From Octopus vulgaris (lineage: Eukaryota): DNA of 64,000 nt. The stretch spans positions 43,338,001-43,402,000 of the forward strand of contig OX597830.1 in the NCBI GenBank assembly GCA_951406725.2, read 5' to 3'. Numbering within the stretch: the first letter of the stretch is position 1; each line of letters begins with the position of its first letter. The notes below the pieces were generated by a model that was not told where the DNA came from, ran no database searches, and saw only the letters and a list, made by a program, of their open reading frames with translations. The position numbers and the translations under genes were made by a program. This document shows, piece after piece, positions 50,932-64,000 of this stretch.

Positions 50932-52213
50932 TTAAGTTGTCAAGAAAGTTCTTGCGGCTTTTAACCTTTAAATTCAGATGCACATATCTCGGCTCAAACA
51001 AAACTTTATTAATCGAAATAAACACCATCAGAATCAACACACTTTTGCCAACGCGAAACAAGTTTATTTATGCCAGTAGCGTAAAAATCCAGCGTTCTGG
51101 TGGCGATGAAGTCGTTGAAGGCGTGTTTGGCATCGTCTTGTTTTTGAAGCACTTCTCACGCAGGAAGTTGTCGAGATGCTTGAAAAAGTGGTAGTCGGTA
51201 GACGAGAGGTCTGATGAGTATGGCGGATGAGGCAGAGTTTCGTAGCCCAATTGGTTCAACTTCTGCAGACTCAGTTGTGCGGCGTGCGGCCGAGCGTTGT
51301 CGTGGAGAAGAACTGGTCCTTTTCTATTGACCAATGCTGGCTGTTGTCGGCGTTTCTTATGCATTTCATCCATTTTCTGACAGTACTTCTCCACCGTAAT
51401 GGTTTCGCCTGGATCCAAAAAGCTGTGATGGATGAGACCGGCCGCAGACTACCAAACAGTCACCATGACCTTCTTTTAGTGCAACGTTGGCTTCGGGAAG
51501 TATCGTGGAGCTTCGTCGGCTTCCACCCACTGAGCTGAGCATCGCCGGTTGTCATAAAGAATCCACTTTTCATCGTAAGTCACAATCCGGTCGAAAAACT
51601 GGTCGTTCTTGTTGCATAAAAGAAGGGAAGACGACACTTCAAAACGGTGTTATTTTTGGTTATCGTTCAATTCATGTGGCACTCATTTCTCAAGTATTTT
51701 TGTTTTTCCAATCTCTTTCAAGTGGTTTGAAATTGTCGTATCAGTTACGTCTAATTCAGAAGCAAGCTCTCGAACAGTTGTGCGTGGATTGGCTTCCACT
51801 AAGGCCCTCAGTTGATCGTTGTCAATATTCAATGGCCGACAACTACGCTTATCATCTTCAAGACTCTCGTCACCGCTACCAAATTTCTTGAACCACCATT
51901 GTGCTGTACGTTCATTAGTGGTTCCTGGGCCAAACGCATCGTTGATATCGCAAGCTGTTTCAGCAGCTTTTCGGCCTGGCTTGAACTGGAATAAGAAAAT
52001 TTTACGAATTTGCTTTTTGTCCATGTTGTATTCAACGTTCTGGAAAAAATGGCCTAATTATTCAAAAAGAAAAAGAGAAATAGGATTAGATAGAGCGAAA
52101 AACATGATTTAAAATTATATATTAAGTCAAAGTAATGTAACGAAAATTAATTTGAAAATACATAATTTAAAACCAAAATCAAAAATTCCGCAAGAACTTT
52201 CCTGACAACCTAA
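50932..52213 (-). mobile_element. Full-length mariner (cecropia subfamily, Hsmar1-like), 1282 bp, TA TSD
   Basis: TA|TTAAGTTGTCAAGAAAGTTCTTGCGG ... CCGCAAGAACTTTCCTGACAACCTAA|TA. Confidence 0.95.
51009..52024 (-). pseudogene. mariner transposase pseudogene
   Basis: MDKKQIRKIFLFQFK...AQWWFKKF, *VPHEL, DRIVTYDEKWILYDN, LHDNARPH, HPPYSSDLSSTDYHFFK, ending GVYFD*. Confidence 0.93.
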
Positions 52214-52695
52214 TACATCTACCCGTATAACGGTTTTAATAGCTTGTCTTTTGTTTTTAAATTTAACAGACCAATTATATCGAAAGTTGGACTTTGGTCA
52301 ATCCTATTATGGGCAATAGGGGTTGCTCTTTACAACATATCAGTAAGTAAATAATTGTAATTAACTGATGGGCATTTTATTCGGATAAACTATTAATTAG
52401 TACTATTAACATAATCTCAAGAACTATTATGATTACTTCTAAATGTTATGACACTATCACTCCCTCTTTTTCTAGACCTACTGACGTATCCAGTTATAGT
52501 AAAGTATTTTACTTTTTTATTATTCATACACCATGTTACCCCTAAAGAAAGATTAACCCACCAATTGATATTTCTAGTTTAGTCATTTACTCAACGTCCT
52601 GTAGTGTTACAGTGCAAAATGGTATGATTTAAATATATAAACCCGTCATTCTTCTTCTCGGGGCTCTTCCTCTTTTCTTTTATGTATTTTTCTTT

Positions 52696-52812
52696 ACTCT
52701 GATGAAGCTCCATGTTCCAAATCGGATGTGTTACAAAATATGATGATTATTATCTTCAGAATTTTCAATGGCAGCACCGTGGGACATTGGAAGCAGAAAC
52801 GGCTGTTAGATG
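52696..52812 (+). ncRNA. Type I hammerhead motif with intact core and very long stem II
   Basis: CTGATGA-AGCTCCATGTTCC...GGGACATTGGAAGCA-GAAA-CGGCTG-TT-AG; stem I is weak. Confidence 0.6.
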
Positions 52813-53084
52813 GGATAAAAGTTTTGTATTAAAAAATAATAATAGATGTTAGTCAGTTGTTGTTGATCAAGATTTCTCCATTTTCTGATTAATTTAAATT
52901 ATATATATATGTGTGTGTGTGTATGCATGTATGTATATATATATATATATATATACATATGTGTATGTGTGTGTGTGTATGTATGTGTACGCGCGTAGAA
53001 GGTTGAAAAGGAACACACGAGTAGATATATATGAAAAAGAAAGTCAAGGTAGAAAATGCTAAAATAATTTTATAAAAAAACATT

Positions 53085-53123
53085 TCACTACCGGTTTCAG
53101 TCATTGAGACTTTTTCAACTGTA
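53085..53123 (-). ncRNA. Hammerhead variant with U3-A8 core
   Basis: TTGAAAA-AGTC-TCAAT-GACT-GAAA-CCGG-TA; stem I is imperfect. Confidence 0.5.
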
Positions 53124-53267
53124 AGTATGGAAAACAATTAAATTTTAGAAAAATTAAAAGAAAAGTTTTTTAAAAGAATATTTGCATAGTGTTCAAATAC
53201 AAATTTTCCTTGTTTCTGTCTCTCTTGTTTACTCTTGTGGGTTCGAGGGCGTTGTGAATTCTTGGCA

Positions 53268-53383
53268 GAGAAGGAGAAGAAGAAGAAGAAGAAGAAGAAG
53301 AAGAAGAAGAAGAAGAAGAAGAAGAAGAAGAAGAAGAAGAAGAAGAAAGAAGAAGAAGAAGAAGAAGAAGAAGAAGAAGAAGA
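53268..53383. repeat. (AAG)n microsatellite
   Basis: Direct reading. Confidence 0.98.
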
Positions 53384-53559
53384 ATGCGGAAGTGCCATGA
53401 TAGTAGTAGGATGTTAAATTGTCAAGTGAGTTAAAAGTGACTCGTTATGGATTATAGCAGTGATTGAGACTGTCTTCTAATGAATTCTTGGGAATCTCTT
53501 CAGTGTATCATTTTTAATATTTGCGTGTGTTTGTGTTATTTTAAGGCCGTGGTGGATAT

Positions 53560-54598
53560 GTCGTTTGTTGTAGATGCGTTCAAAACGGGTCTGTATTTTG
53601 TAATAAAGAGAGTCTCTTTATTAATTCGTTGGCTACAGATTGTATCGTCCGTGAATTGGTAGAGGGGGAAATTCCGAAGCTTGGATTTTTGTTATTGGCG
53701 CAAATGTCGATGTGTTGGCTGAATGCGATTTTTCTGTTTTGGGGAATTTTGATCTGGGATCTGTGCAGAGCCATCCTTTTATATAGACTGTTTTTTGTTT
53801 GGTCTACGTATTGCTCTTGACACCCAGAGCAGGTTAGTGCGTATATCAGGTTCTCCGAAGTACATGTGAAGCTGCTTTTCACTGTGAAACATTGTCCCCG
53901 TTTGAAGGGGAACTCTAATCCCACAATTAAATTGACGCATATCCCACAGTTGGTTCTTCCGCATTTTTTACTGACGGTTTCTGTGTTGTTGTTGAGCGTA
54001 TTCGGGCTTGTGTTAGGATACTTTTCATAGATTTGGGTTGTCTCTTGCTTTTTATGATGGTGTGTGTTTGGAGTATTAAGTTCTTTCTATGGTCCTTTTT
54101 TAGCAGGGGGAATGTTTTGAAGGATGGTGTCGAAGGCTTCATTGTTAAGTGGGTTGTGTGTGGAAATGTATGGTAGGGCTTTTGGTTGTAAATCCCTTAA
54201 TTTGGGATGCCTGAGTTCGTGGATGTTGAGTTGAAGGGCACTTTGAAAGCATATGTCAATTAGTGAAGGTGGGTAGTTCCTGGTGATGAGAGTATCCTTT
54301 AGTTCATGTAGTCGTGTGTCTCTGGTGTTTGCATTAGAAACTATAGCACATATCCTTTTTGCTAATTTGAAGGGGATATTCATTCTGGTGTGTCTGGGGT
54401 GGCATGAGTCGAACGGTAGATATTGCTTGGAGTTCGTGGGCTTATCTAACAATGTAATAAAAACACATATATACTATAAGCCCACGGACTCCAAGCAATA
54501 TCTACCGTTCAACTCATGTCACCCCAGGCACACCAGAATGAATATACCCTTCAACCTAGAAAAGAGGATATATTCTATAGTTTCTAATGCAAGCACCA
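53560..54598 (-). mobile_element. Penelope-like element, 5'-truncated (RT C-terminus, linker, GIY-YIG), with 5' inversion
   Basis: KPTNSKQYLPFDSCHPRH, LITRNYP, FTCTSENLIYALTCSGCQEQYVDQT...RMALH; 54323-54445 is inverted at 54476-54598. Confidence 0.88.
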
Positions 54599-54611
54599 TT
54601 ATATATATATA

Positions 54612-55093
<482 letters not shown>

Positions 55094-55275
55094 AAATAGA
55101 TGGAATGAAAAAAAGATTTTATTTGGTACGACACATATTTCCATCCATTTTCCATCCATGTTACCTCAACCGCCATTACGAAGTTCCTGCAATAAATATA
55201 TGGATAACAACAGGTAATCGAAACTGTGCCGGTATTTTACACATCATCTATTTATACATTTTGTATAATTTCTCC

Positions 55276-55320
<45 letters not shown>

Positions 55321-55474
55321 TTCTAGTTACTGTCTGTCCCATGTGTACGCTTTTTGTATTTAATGCATTTTTCATTTATGAAATAGTTGAACGTCACGCA
55401 CCCCTGACTTTTGTTAACAGTATACATATATACATACATACATACATACATACATACATGCATACATACATACA

Positions 55475-55505
<31 letters not shown>

Positions 55506-55744
55506 TCTTTTGTTTGTTTCAGTCATTTGACTGCAGCCATGTTACAGCACCACCTTCAATCGAACAAATCGACCCCAGGACTTAATATTTGCAAGCCTAG
55601 TACTTATCCTATCGGTTTCTTTTGCCGAACCGGTAAGTTACGGGACGTAAACACACTAGCATCGGTTGTCAAGCAATGATGGGAAGGGGGACAAACACAG
55701 ACACATAATCATATGCATACACAGACACACACACACACACACAC

Positions 55745-55821
<77 letters not shown>

Positions 55822-55822
<1 letters not shown>

Positions 55823-56401
55823 ACAATTGAGGGTAAAATTAATTAATCAATTTCACCAAGTGTTCAGTATGTAAAAGGACCATTTAAGGCGAATTGAAAA
55901 TATTACATTATATAATTAGGGCTTAGTAAAATAAATTACTTTGCCACATACTGAACTTAGTAGAAATAGCAGCCAAAAAAAATTTTTTTACCCGTTTCTA
56001 CTACTTAAAGAAAATTTCTCTCAGATAATGTTTACTCCAGACAGCTCACGAAGGTTTGGAGGTAAATACAGAAAAATATCATAGAAAAAGTACATAGATC
56101 GTTTGAGTACGTCAACGTTTCAAGATTAGCCAAGTAAAATCAGCATTTCTTTCGTCAGCTCAAAATTTCTTAATTTGGATTTGGAAACACTAAAAAGAAG
56201 GAACCTTACCTATCTGCGAACTTGTGATATTTTTCTGTATTTACCTCCAAACCTTCGTGAGCTGTCTGGAGTAAACATTATCTGAGAGAAATTTTCTTTA
56301 AGTAGTAGAAACGGCTAAAAAAATTTTTGGGGCTGCTATTTCTACTAAGTTCAGTATGTGGCAAAGTAATTTATTTTACTAAGCCCTAATTATATAATGT
56401 T
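55822..56401. mobile_element. Fold-back element in (TA)n carrying an intact hammerhead in its spacer
   Basis: ~180-bp near-perfect inverted arms 55904-56083 / 56222-56401. Confidence 0.85.
56102..56164 (-). ncRNA. Canonical type I hammerhead ribozyme
   Basis: TTTGAG-CTGACGA-AAGA...TCTT-GAAA-CGT-TG-ACG-TA-CTCAAA: all core nucleotides present, 6-bp stem I, GUA cleavage triplet. Confidence 0.85.
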
Positions 56402-57775
56402 ATATATATAAATATATAAACTGAAAGAAGCCTGTCGTATATATATATATATATACGTCAGGATTCTTTCAGTTTACGTCTACCAAATCCATTCCCAAGG
56501 CTTTGGTCGGCACGAGGTTATAGTAGAAGACATGAGCCCAAGGTGCCACACAGTGGGACTGAACCAGGAGCCATGTGGTCGGGAAGCAAGCTACTTACCA
56601 TACGGCCACTCCGGCGCCTATACATTATAAGCCTCACAAAAGCAGGAATGTGTAGGACCTTCTACACAGTTTCTGTCTACCAAATTCCAGCCCCAAGGCT
56701 TTGATTGGCCTGACCCTTTAGTAAAAGATACCATTCCAAGGTGCTACGATGTGTGATCGAACACTGAAACTTTTGGTTGTGATGCATCATAATTGCCATT
56801 ATTGTCAAGGTTATCATAAAGTGTAACCCCCGACGGTGGTAGCGGGGGCGGCGGCCGATTGCAGTGGAGGCGACGGCATATTAATCTTCAACGGGTGTTG
56901 CCATCATCATCATTATCATCATCATCACCATCATTATCATCATTACCAAAACAACTGACGTGATCACTATTCCTCATCAGCTGTTATTGTTAATGATGAT
57001 GATGATGATGAAAAGGAGGTGAAGAGAGTGGATTCACTTCGTTCTTCACATTTTTCTCCTCATCTTCATCGATCTCATCCCGCTTTCCACCACCACCACC
57101 ACCATCATCATCATCAGCCATATCAACAACAGCAATGCCAGAATCACCTCCACCTCCACCAGTACCATACTACCATCAGCCCCCCCATCTCCACCAGCGC
57201 CTCCTCTGCCACCAAAACACTGCGACCACCACCACCAACAACAACAACAACAGCATGATCATTACAACCAGCAGTGGTCTTTATTGTCATCATAACAGTC
57301 ATCATCATCATCACCCATCGTCGTCGTCATCATCGTCATTATTATCGTCATCATCATCATCATTATCGTCATTATGTTGGTTTGAAAGTCATTTAGAAGG
57401 TTAAAGTAATTTTAAATTGCTCAGCTGTAACAAGATACACATCAAACGCTTTGCTTTTGTTTTTCTATATTCTCTGCGTGTTTGTCTTCCACTGAACTAT
57501 GAAATAATATCTGGTGTGGCCAGCTCCAACATTGACTCATTGTCTTCTCCGGGTAAACAATTCACTTGGCCTAAACTTCATATTCAAAACAACACAGCTA
57601 TGTTTTCTTGAACAACTTCCTCCTCTCCCTTTCTTCTCCCCTTCATCTCTCCTCTTTCTCAAGAACATTGAATATGTAAATAAATAAATATAGCTTGTAC
57701 TTCGTCGGTTACGACGATGAATGGTCCAGTTGATCCGAGCAACGGAACAGCTTACTTCGTGAATTTACATGCAGG

Positions 57776-58175
57776 TGAAGGCGGTGAACTGGCAGAATCG
57801 TTAGCACACCGGGCGAAATGCTTAGCGGCATTTTGTCTGCCGCTACGTTCTGAGTTCAAATTCCGCCGAGGTCGACTTTGCCTTTCATCCTTTCGAGGTC
57901 GATTAAATAAGTATCAGTTGTGCACTGGGGTCAATATAATCGACTTAATCCGTTTGTTTGTTCTTGTTTGTCCTCTCTGTGTTTAGCCCCTTGTGGGTAG
58001 TAAAGAAATTGGTATTTCGTCTGTCTTTACATTCTGAGTTCAAATTCCGCCAAGATCGTCTTTGCCTTTTATCCTTTCGGGGTCGATAAATTAAGTACCA
58101 GTGGCGTACTGAGGTCGATCTAATCAACTGGCCCACTCCCCCAAAATTCCAGACCTTGTGTCTAGAGTACAAAAG
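57776..58175 (+). mobile_element. Dimeric SINE A nested in a minus-strand SINE C
   Basis: GAATT(T)ACATGCA duplicated at ~57760 and ~58176; SINE C sequence on both sides. Confidence 0.85.
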
Positions 58176-58438
58176 GAATTACATGCAAGTGGGTGAGTAT
58201 TCCACAGACATGCGTACCCTTAACGTAGTTCTCAGGTGAGATTCAGTGTGACAGAGAATGCGACAAAGCTGGCCTTTTCAACTACAAGTGTCACTCATAT
58301 TTGTTGAGTGGATTGGAGCAACGTGAGATAAAGTCTCTTGCTCAAGGTCACAATGCACGGCCGGGGTTCGAACTGACGCCCTTATAATTCGAGACCCGAA
58401 TATCCTTAATCACTGAGTCAAGCACCTTTCACTACGAA

Positions 58439-58586
<148 letters not shown>

Positions 58587-58778
58587 AAGGATAAATAAAT
58601 AAAAGTTAATGAAGAATTTTAGCAGAGGCACAAGGGGTGACCGTGTGGTGGTAAGAAGTTAGCTTCTGAGTTCAATCCCACTGCATAGCACCTTGGGTAA
58701 GTATCTTCTACTATAGTCTTGGACTGACCAAAGCCTTGTGAGTGGATGATTTTGGAGATGGAAACTGAAAGAAGCCCG

Positions 58779-58822
<44 letters not shown>

Positions 58823-59064
58823 ATTAAAATTAAGGATATTTTATCAGGTAGCCGACGTGTAAAACCAATTAAAGCAAACATTAATACGGAGTATATAATT
58901 TTAGAAACATAATTATAAAGTTATAGTAAGGGCAATTACCAGAGGCAATGCCACACGCTGGAAGAAGACGCCAAGTGGCTCTAAACTACTTTATCAAATA
59001 TACACACACTCACCGAAAGCGAGGGAAAGAAATAATTTTATAATTAATTTATAAAATTATATAC

Positions 59065-59199
<135 letters not shown>

Positions 59200-59216
59200 T
59201 AAATATATATATATAC

Positions 59217-59314
<98 letters not shown>

Positions 59315-59544
59315 TTTTTCTGTGGAAGAGCGTAGGCTCGACATGTAAAAGACTTTTTCAGTTCCTGGGCGTTATACTAAAACATCTGTTTATTTTCTAC
59401 ACCACCTGTCTTCGTCTTTTGTTTTTTTTTTTTCGTGAACTCTTCCTGTATATATACTGTTGCGTCTGGGGAGAGTCCTCTTTTAGTGCTTCATGATTTA
59501 ACACACTCACCGGTAAATTTCCATTCATTTCCATCTTTATTTTT

Positions 59545-59583
59545 CTAAAATTTTCGTTATGTCTTGCAACGTTTTCAATAGTT
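59545..59583 (-). ncRNA. Hammerhead variant with U3-A8 core
   Basis: CTA-TTGAAAA-C-GTTGC-AAGAC-ATAAC-GAAA-AT-TT-TAG; short stem I. Confidence 0.45.
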
Positions 59584-59784
59584 TTAACTCTGTCCGTTAT
59601 TCACTCTGCGTTCTTTTTGCTTGTTTGTGCGCATGTGTGTGGGTCAGTGAATGTAGGAATGCATGGATGTGTGCGTATGCATCTATGTGTGTGTGTGTAT
59701 GTGCATATGTGTATATGTATGTATGTGTGTACATTTGTATGTATGTATTCTGCATAGTCATGAGTTTGCGTGTCCGTGTTTGTG

Positions 59785-59842
<58 letters not shown>

Positions 59843-60542
59843 CTCTGTCTCCTTGTGTGTGCATTTCTGAGTGTGTGTGTGCGCGCGCGTTGTGTGTGTG
59901 TTTTGCAACTATGTACCGTGTTTGTATGTATGGATGTTACAGGGCCAAATGTAATCGACAAACTCCTTGTCTCCCCTACCCAAATTGTTGACCCTGTGTC
60001 TCAATCAAAAGCCATTGTTATTTGCTCATCTGATATTTTGTGAAGAAGCTTCAGGGAGAATGTTGGCCATCCCGCCTAACTAGTGCCATGGCATCATTCG
60101 AAGGCTACAACAATGCAATGAAGTGCACTGTACCCAGCGATGTTTAACAACGTCCGATAGACTGTTCTCTGCCGTAATTTTGTGAACAACAACGTCATGT
60201 TACAAAGGACTAGTCACTGCTTCATTGCATTTACAATGACGATATTAACAAGGGATTTTCTATGCAAGAAAAGCAGAAAAATTATTCCAGGGGTCTTTTT
60301 TTGTCGCAGATGTATACATCTATGACGGATATAAACTGCCAAAAGACAATCATTTTTAATACAGGTTTCAGCACAGTTTCCGTCTATCGAATTCTATTCA
60401 CTATTCACCGAGCAACAAGAGCATTTGCTTATGGTACTGCGGAATAAGTCGAACCCAGAACCAAGAGGTTGCCACGCGAACTTCTTGTCCACGAGGCCAT
60501 ATCTGCGCCCAAAATATTGATTTTATTATTTCATAGTGACAA

Positions 60543-61210
60543 GTCGGCGAGCTGGCAGAATCGTTAGCACGCTGGACGAAATGCTTAGCGGCATTTCGTC
60601 CGTCTTAAAGACGTTCTGAGTTCTAATTCCACCGAGGTCGACTTTGCCTTTCCTCCTTCCGGAGTCGAAAAATTAAGTACCCGTAAAACACAGGGGTCAA
60701 TGTAATTGATTAGTCCCATCCCACGAAATTTCAGACCTTGTGAATATAGTAGAAACGCAACGAGCTGACAGAGAAGTTTTCGCGTCGCACAAAATGCTTA
60801 TCGTCGTTTCGTTCGTCTTCATGCTCTGAGCGCAAATTTCGCCGAGATCGACATTGCTTTTTATTCTTTTGAGAGCGATAAATTAAACACCAATTAAGAA
60901 CTGAGATCGATGTGATCGACTAGCCCCCTCCCCTCAAATTTCAGGCCTTGCGCCTATTATTAGTAGAAAGGATTATTTTACCAAAACAGAGACGGCTAGA
61001 TGGCAGAATTGTCGACATGCCGGACAAAATGCTTAACGGTATTTTTTGTCCGTCTTTATGTTCTGATCTCAAATTCCGTTCAGGTCGACCTTACCTTTCA
61101 TACTCCCGGGGTCTATAAAACAAGTACCAGTCTTGTACTAGAGTCGATGTAATCAGCTCCCCTCGTTTCCCACTCAAAAATTGCTGGGTCTGTGCCAGAA
61201 ATTAGAAAGA
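60543..61210 (+). mobile_element. Three tandem, diverged SINE A monomers
   Basis: Repeated head, B box and core. Confidence 0.8.
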
Positions 61211-61579
61211 ATTATTTTACCGAGACTAAACATATTCTAAGCGTTGAAATATGTAATAAACATCGAATCTATTTTCCCATATCGGACTCTTGCTAATTTT
61301 GCTGGAGAACGCTGCATTATTTTTAAAGCTCGTTCGGGATTTGTTTTGTGTTTTCTTTTTGTCTGGTTCATTTTTTTTTTTTTCGTGGGAAGATAAGTAG
61401 ATTGGGTGATAACTAGATCGATACATACACTTATACAAGTGTATACGTTCACACACACACATACCTATGCATACATTCATACATACACAATCATACGCGT
61501 ATGCATACATATGTTCATGCACACACACATATATATACATACTCACACACACACACATATGTATATATACACACACACA

Positions 61580-61614
<35 letters not shown>

Positions 61615-62769
61615 GTACATACACACAGACATATATGCGTACATACATGCACATACATATATACGTACGTACACATACAAAAGCATACATACATACAAAC
61701 AAACATAGAAACATACATACATACATACATACATACATACATACATACATGCATACATACATACATACATACATACATACATACATACATACATACATAC
61801 ATACATACATACATACATACATACATACATACATACATACATACATACAAGCATACATACATACATGCAAACAAACGTACGTATGTACTTTGGTATTAAA
61901 AAATATATTAAGTAGAAACAAACAGTAGGATGTATAATATTACAAACAGAAGAGAATCTACCGCAGGTAAAAGTGTAAGAAAGAAAGAAAAGTAACAAAA
62001 GAAAAAAATATGAAAATTAACAAAAACAAAAAAAGAAAGAAGAAAGACATGACAAAGCGAGAAGAGTGTAATTGGGTTTAAATGTGAAGCTTATAAAGAA
62101 GAGAAGATGACAGCGAATGAACGGTGTTCTATTTTTATACGTTATTCTGTAACTTTTCAACTGATTCGATGGAAATTTTTTGAAAACGAGATTCGAGATG
62201 CTAAAAGCACCATGGTGATCATTTCGTTTCAATAGAAAGACACATTCCTGTATTTTTCCCCCCATTCAGTTGCGGTGTCTATAATAAACGTCTTTCAAAT
62301 GATGGAAAGATACACGACTATTTTTCGTACAGATGTTGCAGTCGGATTTCGCTTATTTTATAAATTGGATTCAAAAATATGCCATGAACGTTTTTTCATT
62401 CTTATGCACTTTTTACTTATCTCAGTATATTAGACTGCGGCATTTCTGGAGCACTGCCTTAAAGGGTTTAGTCAAATAAATGGACTCTAGAACGTATTTA
62501 TAAATCTGGTACATATTTCTATAGGCTCGCTAAGTCACGGGAATGGTTAGCGATATATTGTCAGTCTTTATGTTCTGAGTTCGAATTCCGCTGAGATTGA
62601 TTTGCCCTTCATCCTTTCGGGGTCGATAAAATATGTAGAAGTCGAGCATTGGTATCGCTGTAACCGACTTACCCCTCCCCCAAAACTGCCGGCCTGGTGC
62701 CAAAATTTGAAACCAATTAGCGATTTGTTTCACATTCTCTTACCTCTACAGGTATTAGAGATAAACAGT

Positions 62770-63360
62770 CGAGCTGGCAGAAGCGTTAGCACGCCGGGCG
62801 AAATGCCTTGCGGTATTTCGTCTGCCGCTACGTTCTGAGTTCAAATTCCGCCGAGGTCGACTTTGCCTTTCATCATTTCAAGGTCGATTAAATAAGTACC
62901 AGTTACGCACTGGGATCGATATAATCGACTTAATCCGTTTGTCTGTCTTTGTTTGTCCCCTCTGTGTTTAGCCCCTTGTGGGTTGTAAAGAAATAGGTAT
63001 TTCACCCGTCACTACGTTCTGAGTTCAAATTCCGCCGAGGTCGATTTTGCTTTTCATCCTTTCGGGATCGATAAATTAAGTACCAGTTGCGTACTGGGAT
63101 CGATCTAATCGACTGGCCCCCTCCCAAAAAATTTCGAGCCTTGTGTCTAGAGTAGAAAAGAATCGTTAGCATGCTGGTTGAAATGCTTAGCGGTATTTCA
63201 CCCGTCGCTACGTTCTGAGTTCAAATTCCGCCGAAGCCGATTTTGTGTTTCATGCTTTCGAGGTCGATAAAATAAATACCAGTATAACACTGGGGTCAAT
63301 GTAATTGACTCATCCCCTTCTCCAAAACTGCTGCCCTTGTGGTAAAATTTGAAACCATAT
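62770..63360 (+). mobile_element. SINE A dimer plus monomer
   Basis: Three GAGTTCAAATTCCGCCGA cores. Confidence 0.88.
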
Positions 63361-63504
63361 GATTGGTAAAAGGTTAGCTTTAATGTGGACTTTAATAAAC
63401 TAATGCAATTTTCAGTTAGAACCGTGTTTCTTTTTTTTTTTTTTTGCCTATGGACCCTTTAGATTCCAGTTTTACTCTCCTGGAGCGCCACAAGGATATA
63501 TTCT

Positions 63505-63733
63505 TTTATTCTTTATTTGTTTCAGTCATCTGACTGCAGTTATGCTGGAGCACAGCCTTTTGTAGAACAAATCGACCCCAGGATTTATTTGTAAGCCTAG
63601 TACTTATTCTATCGATCTCTCTTTGTCGAACCGCTAAGTTACGGACACGTAAACCACATAAACACACCAACATCGGTTGTCAAGCGATGGTGGGGAGACA
63701 AACACAGACACGCAAATACATTCATATATATAT

Positions 63734-63801
<68 letters not shown>

Positions 63802-63960
63802 GACGGGCTTCTTTCAGTTTCCGTCTACCAAATCTACTCACAGGGCTTTGGTCGGCTGGAGGCTATAGTAGAAGACACTTGCCCAAGGTGCCACACAGTG
63901 GGACTGAACCCAGAACCATGTGGTTGGGAAGTAAGCTTCTTACCCCACAGCCACTCCTAA
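63505..63960 (-). mobile_element. SINE family B, near full length
   Basis: Reverse complement of the 34451-34825 architecture, with internal (TA)n. Confidence 0.88.
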
Positions 63961-64000
63961 TTAAATATTATTAATAATTGTATAAAAATATTGTTAAAAT

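Noticed and set aside
57019-57404. His/Pro/Thr-rich ORFs
   Set aside because: Degenerate (CAT/CAC/CAA)n trinucleotide region without splice or homology support.

Overview
Eukaryotic, AT-rich, repeat-saturated intergenic or intronic DNA. The tRNA-derived SINE families and microsatellite load look like an octopus (cephalopod) genome; this is an inference from memory, not a database result. No host protein-coding gene can be supported, and most ORFs in the track are microsatellite artefacts. The window holds: a near-intact Ty3/Gypsy LTR retrotransposon (1-~4600, minus strand); a ~59-copy 30-bp minisatellite that grew out of a SINE tail; two non-autonomous Helitrons; a TTAA-flanked TIR element; two decayed mariner transposons (one Hsmar1-like); four R4/Dong-type 3' fragments all sitting in (TAA)n; Hero, CR1, RTE and zinc-knuckle ORF1 LINE remnants; Penelope-like RT/GIY-YIG fragments; and dozens of SINEs. 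The most notable signal is a population of more than a dozen minimal type-I hammerhead ribozyme motifs in short non-coding elements, mostly next to (TA)n tracts and often built as fold-backs. These include one fully canonical ribozyme (56102-56164), a 352-bp tandem retrozyme-like unit (27903-28618), and families whose catalytic core carries compensatory G3-C8 and U3-A8 swaps of the conserved C3-G8 pair.
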